A stretch of 64,000 bases of DNA from an uncultured bacterium (GTDB lineage Bacteria; Patescibacteriota; Saccharimonadia; UBA4664; SCTI01), in assembly GCA_963721685.1 (NCBI GenBank), contig CAVRJJ010000001.1:303950-367949 (forward strand). The letters run 5' to 3'. The notes under the pieces are model-generated. The model saw only the letters and a list, made by a program, of their open reading frames with translations. It was not told where the DNA came from and made no database searches. This document shows, piece by piece, positions 39,647-48,464 of this stretch; the first letter of the stretch is position 1, and every line of letters begins with the position of its first letter. Made by a program: the position numbers and the translations under genes.

Positions 39647-40549
39647 TTATGTCTTAAATAGAAAGCTTTGGAGTATCTGATAATACTCCTCTGGCATCGC
39701 GTGAACAGACAGATGCTTGTAGTCGTACTCCGGGTCAGGGAACTCAAAGCGCTCCAGTTCAGGGTAATTACCAGTCCCCCGCGCCATCACCATGGCCTCC
39801 CGGCACTCCTGTATCTCCCCCACGCACTCGAAGGGCTTATGTCCTTCTATTCCGAGTAACTCGCGATAGGTGTGATCCAGATCGGGTTTCTCAAAAAGGT
39901 TTTCGCCATTAAATAGTTCCATCAGATCAACCTTGGGTGCAAACGGAGCAAATATGAGGTACACAAAAGCGCATTTCGGACATTCGCCACACCAGGTAAG
40001 CCCCTCTTTATGACTAAGGCTAAAGTTACGGTTACAGGAGCTAAATGTACCCTGGTACTGCTCAAGCCAGTTGGTGGTAAAAAGCTCGGCAATCCGCAGT
40101 TCACTTAAGGGGCGCAAAAAAGAAAAATAGTGAATATCGGGAGATATGTTTAATCTCACGTACTCCTGAAAATCGCGCTCAAACTCCAGGGTTTTTGAAT
40201 ACTGGTGGTTTACCGATATCTCCTGATAATCCAGGTTGCCTTCACCGGCTGAAGATTCATTGGAGAGGGCTATATGCCGGTTTCCGGTTAAAATGGCGCT
40301 CACCACGGAAGCGAACGCCAGATAGGCCGAGATGGGAACGTGGCCGTTATAGGCACCTTTGGCGTTAAGATCCTTCAGCTTGGAGTCAAGTGTACGTTCA
40401 ACCTGAAGATGCGACTTCCCGATCTGATCAATCTGGGGTTTAAGTTGTTCGGCATGGTTAATGGTCCAGCTGGTGAACTGCTGATTGGAGGATGCCAGGA
40501 TTCCGGCAGTGGTTAACGAGTCCTTACCGCCGCCAATCGGTACTATCAA
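39647..40549 (-). CDS. QueC-family PP-loop ATP pyrophosphatase-like protein with a CGECPKC zinc ribbon and a roughly 80-aa C-terminal extension. It is a lone gene with a TTG or unresolved start.
   Basis: PP-loop GGGKDS is present. Compare GHVPISAYLAFASV with QueC VPGRNLVFLSFA, and SSCNRNF...TWCGECPKC with QueC C...CGECPAC. It lies in AT-rich DNA with no queD/queE/queF nearby. Confidence 0.55.
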   Translation of the reverse strand: MIVPIGGGKDSLTTAGILASSNQQFTSWTINHAEQLKPQIDQIGKSHLQVERTLDSKLKDLNAKGAYNGHVPISAYLAFASVVSAILTGNRHIALSNESSAGEGNLDYQEISVNHQYSKTLEFERDFQEYVRLNISPDIHYFSFLRPLSELRIAELFTTNWLEQYQGTFSSCNRNFSLSHKEGLTWCGECPKCAFVYLIFAPFAPKVDLMELFNGENLFEKPDLDHTYRELLGIEGHKPFECVGEIQECREAMVMARGTGNYPELERFEFPDPEYDYKHLSVHAMPEEYYQILQSFLFKT

Positions 40550-40669
40550 CCCATTGCCATAGGAGGATTGCGGATTGGACTGGATCTTCGGGTCTACTGG
40601 AAAGGAGCAAGCTTATCGGGACTTAGCTGGTTTTTGACTAGAAACTCCCCTAGTCCTTGTCGGTAGAGC

Positions 40670-40945
40670 TTATTGAAGAAACTTGGCTTGCTGCTGGTTC
40701 AATCCCTGGCCCTTAATGATGATCTGGGGCGCCAGATAAGCCTTAAAGTAGGAAATGCCGCCGACCAACCATAACCCGCGTACGGCGTTTTCGAGGACTA
40801 TAGGATTAAGGCCGTAGTAAGGATCCCCGTCAGCTTTAAGTGTTTCCGTAAAGTGCAACTCTCCATCATAGGAGTAGCGTAAATGTAAGGTTTGCTCTGT
40901 CTGGTTAAAGTCGTACCCCTCAAAAATAAAGGCTCTGATAGGTTT
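40670..40945 (-). CDS. Small ORF (about 91 codons) in the same frame as, and immediately after, the murD stop codon. It has no ATG and a possible TTG start at 40858.
   Basis: The frame stays open from the murD TGA onward: KPIRAFIFEGYDFNQTEQTLHLRYSYDGELHFTETLKADGDPYYGLNPIVLENAVRGLWLVGGISYFKAYLAPQIIIKGQGLNQQQAKFLQ*. Confidence 0.25.
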   Translation of the reverse strand, partial: KPIRAFIFEGYDFNQTEQTLHLRYSYDGELHFTETLKADGDPYYGLNPIVLENAVRGLWLVGGISYFKAYLAPQIIIKGQGLNQQQAKFLQ

Positions 40946-42250
40946 TCACGACGTTTTCACAAGGTCGTGGACGGCTGCCTTGAAATGGTCGCCGCGCTCA
41001 CTAAAGTTCTTAAACATATCAAAGCTGGAGGTTCCCGGTGAAAGCAGCACCACGTCACCTGGTTTGGCTTGTTTACGCGCCAGCTTCACGATATCGCTCA
41101 TCTTCGAAGGGCCTAAGCTGTAGTTGCTGTAGTCCGCCTTGTCTAGGGCTTCAGTGATCTGATGCGAAACTGCCCCTATCACGATAACGTTTCGAACGTT
41201 AGCTATGCCTACCTCGCGGGCGATACCATCATAGCTGAGGCCTTTGTCGAATCCTCCTAAAATTAGTACTTTAGGCTCAGTAAAGGCCTGGATAGCGGCG
41301 ATGGTAGCACCAGGACTGGAAGAGTAGGAATCGTTGATGTAGGTGGCTTCATCAATAACCGCCACCTTCTCTAGCCGGTGCTCCAACCCAGCGAAATGCC
41401 TAATAGCCTGCTTTATCGGATGGGGATCCTTAATGATTGGCCAAACCGCGGTGATGGCGGCGCAGACATTATCCCAGTTATGACGGCCAGCCAGGGCAAT
41501 ATCTGTGACTGAGCAGATAGTGGTGTCCCCTATTTTTACCGTATCGCCATCTATAAAGGCGCCATCGGTGGAGTTATAGGCGGTTTGATCAGCCGGGGCG
41601 CCTAAGCCGCTTTGCAGAGAATACAGGTTGCAGGCATTGAACACCGCGCGGTCACCCGGTTTCTGGTGGGTAAAGATCATTTGCTTGGCTCTCAAGTACT
41701 CATGCATATCCGGATGCCAATTCAGATGGTCCGGAGCGATCATCAGCATTACCGCCACGTGGGGGCTGTATCTGATATCAATCAATTGGAAACTTGATAG
41801 CTCCAAAACCACCCAATCTTCTGGTTTAACCTGGTCTAAAAAGTCCAGAGGTGGGTGGCCAATGTTGCCCCCCAGATGGACGGTGCGTCCGGACGCTTCA
41901 AGCATCTTAGCAATCAAGGAGGCGGTAGTGCCCTTACCTTTAGAGCCGGTCACCCCAATTACCTTGGCCGGACAGTTCCCAAGAAACTCATTGGTCCCCG
42001 AGGTAATTTTAGCTGTGTCCAGATTGGGGTTGGCCTGGAGGAGCGCTTGGGGGCGGATACCCGGAGTGCGGACAACCAGATCATATTGATCCAAGCTCTT
42101 GAGATAATCAGCTCCCAAATGGGAGTCGACGTCTTTTGGCAACATTTGCTCAGTGTTTTCATCATGAATGCAGATCTGATGCCCCAGATCGTGCCAATAG
42201 GTGTACGCGGACTTACCTTCCACCCCATAGCCAACAATCGCAACTTTCAT
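40946..42250 (-). CDS. murD: UDP-N-acetylmuramoylalanine--D-glutamate ligase MurD.
   Basis: Mur ligase motifs (GVTGSKGKGTT, DxSSFQL). Confidence 0.9.
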   Translation of the reverse strand: MKVAIVGYGVEGKSAYTYWHDLGHQICIHDENTEQMLPKDVDSHLGADYLKSLDQYDLVVRTPGIRPQALLQANPNLDTAKITSGTNEFLGNCPAKVIGVTGSKGKGTTASLIAKMLEASGRTVHLGGNIGHPPLDFLDQVKPEDWVVLELSSFQLIDIRYSPHVAVMLMIAPDHLNWHPDMHEYLRAKQMIFTHQKPGDRAVFNACNLYSLQSGLGAPADQTAYNSTDGAFIDGDTVKIGDTTICSVTDIALAGRHNWDNVCAAITAVWPIIKDPHPIKQAIRHFAGLEHRLEKVAVIDEATYINDSYSSSPGATIAAIQAFTEPKVLILGGFDKGLSYDGIAREVGIANVRNVIVIGAVSHQITEALDKADYSNYSLGPSKMSDIVKLARKQAKPGDVVLLSPGTSSFDMFKNFSERGDHFKAAVHDLVKTS

Positions 42251-42256
42251 GGGAGG

Positions 42257-44836
42257 TTACCGGCGCTTTCGCTTTTTGGCCCGCCGGGCAGCCCGGTTTT
42301 CACTTGAAGCTGAACCCCCTCCATCTGAGCTGGGGGCGGCCGCCTGGGAGGTGTCGCTGTTAACTTGTGCCAACTGGGCGGCTTTGGTCATGGCTGTTTC
42401 AACCGGCTGTTCTGCTGGAACGTGGCTAATTTGGGCCCGTAAAACGGTACCGGCCACTTCGGCTTCAATCAGCGAAAGCAGGCGCTTAAATAACCGAAAG
42501 CCCTCGCCTTTATACTCAACCAACGGATCGCGCTGTCCAATTGCCCGCAAGCCTATACCTTCGCGTAAGCGGTCCATAGCCTCCAGATGCTCAATCCAGA
42601 GCCGGTCAAGAACCTGCAGGTAAACCATGCGCTCCAGCATGCGCATATGGTCGGGTGAAAATTCTTTCTCACGCTGGTCGTACAGTTGGCTGGCGTAATC
42701 ACTCAGCACCGCGGGCAAGTCGCGCGGATCGGCCGATTGGAGCGCGGTTTTAACTTCCGGACTGAGCGGCATCAGGGTTTCGGTTTGCTCAATAATTTTT
42801 TCAACCTCAACCACCGCGGTCCGCACATCGGTATGGGCGGTCACCAATGCCTTAAACTCGGTAGTAAGCATGGGTTCAATATCTTCACGGAGGTTGGTAG
42901 ACTTTAAAGCTTTGCGGCGCCGGGCATAAATAACCTCACGATGTTTGTTCATAACATCGTCATACTCGACCAACTGTTTACGGATATCAAAGTTATGGCC
43001 TTCAACCTTTTTCTGGGCGCTTTCCAGACTGCGGCTGACCACTGGGCTTTCCAGGGGAGTATTATCATCCAGGCCCAGTGTTTGCATGAGATTGGCTACC
43101 CGCTCGCCGCCAAAAATGCGCATTAAGTCATCTTCAAGTGAAACGTAAAACCGGGTGGAACCGGGATCGCCTTGACGCCCGGAACGTCCACGCAACTGGT
43201 TGTCAATTCGGCGGGACTCGTGGCGCTCGGTACCAACCACATGCAAACCGCCCAGCTTAGCAACGCCGTCACCTAACACAATATCGGTACCACGACCGGC
43301 AATGTTGGTAGCCAGGGTAACCGCCCCTTTTTGGCCAGCCGCCGCGACAATGGCGGCCTCCTTTTCGTTGTTTTTAGCGTTTAACAACTCGTGGGGAACC
43401 TTAGCTTGGTGTAAAAGCTCAGACAGGATTTCATTCTTAGCGATAGAAACCGTACCCAGCAGAACCGGTTGGCCCTTTTGGTTGCGCTCCTTAACGTCTG
43501 CCACGACCGCGTTAAACTTCCCCATTTCGGTGCGGTAGATGCGGTCGGGCTGATCCTGGCGAATCATGGTCTGGTGGGTTGGAATTGTTGTGACTTCCAG
43601 CTGGTAAATTTTACCAAACTCCTCTGCCTCGGTAGCGGCCGTGCCGGTCATACCTGATAGCTTTTCATATAAGCGAAAATAGTTCTGGAAGGTAATGGTA
43701 GCTAAAGTTAACGACTCTTTCCGAATCTCCACCGATTCTTTAGCTTCAATTGCCTGGTGCAGGCCATCACTATAGCGCCGTCCGTGCATCAGGCGGCCGG
43801 TGAATTCATCCACAATAATCACCTCCCCTTCACGCACTACATAATCGCGGTCTTTTTTAAAGAGGGCTTCGGCTTTCAAGCTTTGTTCCACGTGGTGGAC
43901 TTCCTCGATCATGCCGGCTTCATAGATATTTTCTACCCCGAGCGCTTTTTCCAGTTTACGAATACCATCGTCGGTTAAGCTAGCCGCCTTCTGCTTTTCG
44001 TCCAACGTATAGTCATCGGTGATTTTGAGGCCGCGGGCAAGGACGGCAAACTGAATATACTTTTCGGTGCTTTCTTCGGCTGGAGCGGAAATAATCAAGG
44101 GCGTGCGGGCTTCATCAATTAAGATGGAGTCAACTTCGTCGACAATCGCGTAGTGCAGGGGCCGCTGAACCATCTGTTCACTATCGGAAACCATGTTATC
44201 TCGCAGGTAATCAAACCCGAACTCATTGTTGGTTCCATAGGTAATGTCGGCGTTATAAGCTTCTTGGCGGCTCACCGGACGTAAGTGCTTCAGGCGCTCG
44301 TCGTCAGCGGTTTCGTCGAAGTACTCAGGATCATATAAATAGGCGGACACCCCGAAGGTGGCGCTTGGCACAATAATGCCAACCGACATGCCTAAAGCCT
44401 GAAAGACCTGCCCCATCCAGCCGGGATCGCGCCGGGCCAAATAATCGTTAACCGTGACAACATGAACCCCTTTTCCGGTGAGAGCGTTCAAATAGGCAGG
44501 GGCGGTTGCCACCAAGGTTTTACCTTCCCCAGTGCGCATTTCGGCAATTTTGCCATCATGTAAGACACTGCCGCCAATAAACTGCACATCGTAATGGCGC
44601 AACCCGATGGTACGCCGGGAGGCCTCGCGCACGGTGGCAAAGGCTTCCGGAAGGATGTCTTCCAGTGTTTTACCATCCTTTAGCTTGCCGCGAAGCTTTT
44701 CGGTTTGGGCTTTTAGCTTAGCGTCACTCAACCCCTTGAGCTTAGCTTCAAGCGCGTTGGCTTGGTTAACCTTGAGTTGGGCTTTTTTAATTTCCCTCGC
44801 GTCGGGGTCGCCAAAAATGCGTTTTAACAGATTCAT
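42257..44836 (-). CDS. secA: Preprotein translocase ATPase SecA.
   Basis: SecA DEAD motor and PPXD domains over 859 aa, with a basic C-terminal tail. Confidence 0.92.
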   Translation of the reverse strand: MNLLKRIFGDPDAREIKKAQLKVNQANALEAKLKGLSDAKLKAQTEKLRGKLKDGKTLEDILPEAFATVREASRRTIGLRHYDVQFIGGSVLHDGKIAEMRTGEGKTLVATAPAYLNALTGKGVHVVTVNDYLARRDPGWMGQVFQALGMSVGIIVPSATFGVSAYLYDPEYFDETADDERLKHLRPVSRQEAYNADITYGTNNEFGFDYLRDNMVSDSEQMVQRPLHYAIVDEVDSILIDEARTPLIISAPAEESTEKYIQFAVLARGLKITDDYTLDEKQKAASLTDDGIRKLEKALGVENIYEAGMIEEVHHVEQSLKAEALFKKDRDYVVREGEVIIVDEFTGRLMHGRRYSDGLHQAIEAKESVEIRKESLTLATITFQNYFRLYEKLSGMTGTAATEAEEFGKIYQLEVTTIPTHQTMIRQDQPDRIYRTEMGKFNAVVADVKERNQKGQPVLLGTVSIAKNEILSELLHQAKVPHELLNAKNNEKEAAIVAAAGQKGAVTLATNIAGRGTDIVLGDGVAKLGGLHVVGTERHESRRIDNQLRGRSGRQGDPGSTRFYVSLEDDLMRIFGGERVANLMQTLGLDDNTPLESPVVSRSLESAQKKVEGHNFDIRKQLVEYDDVMNKHREVIYARRRKALKSTNLREDIEPMLTTEFKALVTAHTDVRTAVVEVEKIIEQTETLMPLSPEVKTALQSADPRDLPAVLSDYASQLYDQREKEFSPDHMRMLERMVYLQVLDRLWIEHLEAMDRLREGIGLRAIGQRDPLVEYKGEGFRLFKRLLSLIEAEVAGTVLRAQISHVPAEQPVETAMTKAAQLAQVNSDTSQAAAPSSDGGGSASSENRAARRAKKRKRR

Positions 44837-44869
44837 AACCTGATTATTGTAGCACGACTAAGCCGGAAA

Positions 44870-45256
44870 CTAGTCTTCAACCGGCTCCGGAAGCGGTGTT
44901 CGCCCCATTACCTTGGCCATTAAACGTTGGCGGCGATTTTTGGCCGGCTCATGTTTGCTCTTATAGGTAAGGGCTTGGCTTTTAAGTTTTTGCTCACATA
45001 TATCAATGGCGGCGTACATATTAATAGTTGATTCATGAGCCTTAAGCTGCTCACCCTTTACCTCAAACTGCACCTCGCAGATACAGCGCTGGTCTTGCGG
45101 TAAGGCCTCATTGCATTCCAAAATAACGGTACCGGCCAATCCGTCGCGGACATGGCGCGGCAAATACCTATCTAAGCCACCTAATTTTTTATCAATATAC
45201 TCAATGATTTTGTCATCAAGCTCATAATGCCTGCCGGTCGTTTGCAATACAATCAT
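44870..45256 (-). CDS. hpf: Ribosome hibernation promoting factor / RaiA (short form).
   Basis: The 128 aa carry the YfiA/HPF fold signature. Confidence 0.75.
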   Translation of the reverse strand: MIVLQTTGRHYELDDKIIEYIDKKLGGLDRYLPRHVRDGLAGTVILECNEALPQDQRCICEVQFEVKGEQLKAHESTINMYAAIDICEQKLKSQALTYKSKHEPAKNRRQRLMAKVMGRTPLPEPVED

Positions 45257-45298
45257 ACTTCCCTCCTCGCGTGTGTCGTGTACTTAGTGTAGCGACTT

Positions 45299-46603
45299 TT
45301 ACAACTGAGTTCCACCGTAATAGGATTGCAGAACCTCGGGAACTCGAACTTCACCTGCTTCCGTCTGATAATTTTCAATAATCGCGATCAAGGTGCGTCC
45401 CATGGCAAAAGCGGTGGCATCGTTGGTGTGGCCAAGCTCAATTGAACCGGAATCGGTTCGTATTCGGGTTTGTAGGGCACGCGTTTGATAGTCGGAAATG
45501 AAGTCGGCGCTGTGGGTTTCCCGGTACTTGTCCTGGCCCGGCAACCAGGTGTTAATATCCACGCCCCGGGCGTTGGGCTTACCAATATCGGCGGTGCATT
45601 TCATGATTGCCTGATAGGGCAATCCAAGCTGCTGCATCAGATACTCTTGGATGGCGACCATAAACAAGTGCTCATCCAGACCGGCATCGGCGGTGGTAAA
45701 GCTTTCCATCTCCATCTTGTCGAAGTGATGCATTCGAAAAATTCCCTCCATGTCCTTACCATAGGTGCCGGCTTCCCGGCGGAAGCTGGTCGCGTAGCCG
45801 ACGTAACGAATAGGCAGGTCGGCTTCCGCTAAAATTTCATCCTGGTACATCGCGCACAGGCTGTGCTCGGCGCTGCCGTTAAGCCATAGGTCGTCATCTT
45901 CAAGTTTGTAAGTAACCTCAGCCCCGTTTAAGCGTCCAGTAGCCTCATAGACCTCGGTGCGGATCATCGGGGGCGGTAAAACCGGAGTGAAGGGTTTAGT
46001 GCTGACATTCAACCCAGCATCGACGGCGATTTGCTTAAGTTTATCTTCGTCGGTTAAGACACTCAAGCCAAACTGCATTAAGGCAAACTGCAAACGTACC
46101 AAGCTGCCTTTGATATAGGCAAAGCGCGAGCCGCTAACTTTAGCGGCCCGTTCTTTATCGATCCAATCGTGAGCTTCAGCCAGCTGCCAGTGGTTTTTCG
46201 GCTTGAAATCAAAGTGCGACTTTTCACCAACGGTTTTTGCAACCACATTGTCATCTTCGCTTTCCCCTACCGGGACATCATCGGTGGGCAGATTGGGGAT
46301 TTGCTTAAGAATAGCTTGGAACTCGGTATCTACCTTAGCCAAGTCAGCTTCAAGTTTGCCAATCTCATCTTTGAGCTTTTTGCCTTGCTCAATCTGAGCA
46401 GCCTCAGGCTTGGCGGATTTGGTGGTAGCCGCTAGCTCGTTACGCTGCTGGCGGAGCGTATCAACTTGTTCGGTTAGCCCGCGGCGCTGTTGGTCGAGTT
46501 CTATTAAGTGGTCGATGTCCTCCGCGCCCACAGAAGCGTTTTTATTTTTAGCGGCGGCCTTCACGGCTTCCGGATTTTCACGAACCAGTTTTATGTCGAT
46601 CAT
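45299..46603 (-). CDS. serS: Serine--tRNA ligase.
   Basis: N-terminal coiled-coil arm plus class II motifs. Confidence 0.9.
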   Translation of the reverse strand: MIDIKLVRENPEAVKAAAKNKNASVGAEDIDHLIELDQQRRGLTEQVDTLRQQRNELAATTKSAKPEAAQIEQGKKLKDEIGKLEADLAKVDTEFQAILKQIPNLPTDDVPVGESEDDNVVAKTVGEKSHFDFKPKNHWQLAEAHDWIDKERAAKVSGSRFAYIKGSLVRLQFALMQFGLSVLTDEDKLKQIAVDAGLNVSTKPFTPVLPPPMIRTEVYEATGRLNGAEVTYKLEDDDLWLNGSAEHSLCAMYQDEILAEADLPIRYVGYATSFRREAGTYGKDMEGIFRMHHFDKMEMESFTTADAGLDEHLFMVAIQEYLMQQLGLPYQAIMKCTADIGKPNARGVDINTWLPGQDKYRETHSADFISDYQTRALQTRIRTDSGSIELGHTNDATAFAMGRTLIAIIENYQTEAGEVRVPEVLQSYYGGTQL

Positions 46604-46695
46604 AGTGGGCTTATTATAGCAGGTTTAATGAGTCGCCGACCCGAGCAAAGCCTTAAACATGACGAAGCCCCGCGGAGGGGCTCTCGACGGCTTCA

Positions 46696-47926
46696 TCAGC
46701 CGTACTTCGCCATGCCCGCAGGGCATTGTATTTCAGAGCAACCGCACCACATAGATATGCGGGTGGGCCTCCAGCTCTGTGACCAACTCGTCCGGTACGC
46801 GTTCGTTGAGATCGAAGACCGAGTAGGCCAACTCGTCCTTTGAGACGTTCCCCATGTCCTCGATGTTGAGCTCCGTACTTGGCGATGATCGCGGTGAGCT
46901 CGCTCAGTATGCCTTCCGTCGTTGGCGTGGACGATGGTCAGCCGATGCTCGGAAGCCCGCGACAGAACGAGATCGGGCAGGTTGACAGCATTCCTGACGT
47001 TGCCATGTTCGGCGAAATCGATCAACTGTCGCGCAGCCATGACCGAACAGGCCGCTTCCGCCTCGGCGGTGGAACCACCGATGTGCGGCGAGACCACCAC
47101 GCAGGCATGACCCGCTAGTGCCTGCATCCGGTAGGTCGGTGAGATACCTCCCCACCTTGCCAGCATTGAGCGCGTCGATCAGTGGTTCCGTCTGAACCAA
47201 CTGTGCCCGAGCCGTGTTCACGAGCATCACGCCCGTCTTCATGAGCTCGAACTCGCGCGGGCCAATCATGGCGTCGGTCCGCGGTCCGCCAGGTACGTGC
47301 AGCGACACCACGTCGCTGCGGCGAAGCAACTCGCTCGAGGCTGTCAACGAGTTCAACGCCCACGTACTCGAGGAACTCGCGAGCATCAGCGCTGATCCCC
47401 GGGTCGTACCCGAGGACGTTCATACGCAATCCGGCATGAGCTCGAATGGCCACCCATCGCCCGATATTGCCGAGACCGACAACGCCAAGCGTCCGATGGC
47501 GCAGCTCGAAACCGGCAAAACGCTTCTTGTCTTTTTCTGCGCTGGACCGGAAAGCCGTCGTCAGTGCCGTGTTCGGCGACATAGGCGAAGGCTTCGGCGA
47601 GCTTGCGCGCCCCGATCGTAATGAGTCCCAGCGTGTGTTCCACCACTCCGTTGGCGTTAGCGCCGGGGGTGTTTGGACGCCACCACACCTCGCTGGCTCA
47701 AGACAGCGAGAGGGAGGTTGTCGACACCGGTTCCAGCGCGGGCAAGCGCGATGACGCTTGCGGGCACCATCTCCGGCACCTCAAGGTATCCGCGATATGA
47801 GCGCAGCAGGATCAACAGCGGGTTAGGTTCCCGCTGGTCAGGATCGCAGGTGTACCCCGCGTCCCTCAGCAACTGCAAGCCGTCACGACCGATTTCATTG
47901 TGAAGACGTACGATCATTCCCCTCAC
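46696..47926 (-). pseudogene. Decayed D-3-phosphoglycerate dehydrogenase / D-isomer 2-hydroxyacid dehydrogenase (serA-like) gene in at least 5 frame-fragments on GC-rich (about 62%) DNA.
   Basis: Overlapping minus ORFs carry a PGDH N-terminal domain, a GxGxxG NAD site (VGLGNIG), ESDVVSLHVP...LMK...LVNTAR and HIGGSTAEA motifs in different frames. Confidence 0.65.
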
Positions 47927-48021
47927 CTCCGAGGGTCAGGCCACAGAACGTGGCATTTTCCAGAGAACCTTCCTATTTAAGCATAGTACAGAGGTTTGCT
48001 AAAGAGACACTGGGCTAAAGA

Positions 48022-48462
48022 TTATTTCGAAAGATCATAGCGAAACACGGTGGTACCATAAGGCTCAAAGCCGTGTTTTTGGTAGAGCCGCCAGGCAGCT
48101 TCGCGCTTTGGGTTGGACTGTAGTTGAAGCTGATGGGCACCCTTATCTTTAGCGGTGGCTATACTGGCTTCAACCAAGGCGTCCCCTATCCCCTGTCCCC
48201 GGAAATCGGCGTTTACCACCACATCTTCAACGGTTGATTTCAGTTTGCCGTCGATGGCCGGAACGACGACTACCGTAGTCATGCCGGCAATAGCACCGTC
48301 AACGTAAGCAACCAGTAGCGTGTTAGCTTCGTGCGCTAAAAACTGCTCAAGGCTTTCCTGCGTAGGTTTAGGACGGTTAGCGCTCAGCTGGGGCATCAGT
48401 ACTTCAGCCGCGGCCCGCAGCTCCTCGGTAGCCTCCGTTGCAACTTCAACTGTTACTGCCAT
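48022..48462 (-). CDS. GNAT family N-acetyltransferase.
   Basis: Acetyl-CoA motif RGQGIGDALV. Confidence 0.8.
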   Translation of the reverse strand: MAVTVEVATEATEELRAAAEVLMPQLSANRPKPTQESLEQFLAHEANTLLVAYVDGAIAGMTTVVVVPAIDGKLKSTVEDVVVNADFRGQGIGDALVEASIATAKDKGAHQLQLQSNPKREAAWRLYQKHGFEPYGTTVFRYDLSK

Positions 48463-48464
48463 TT

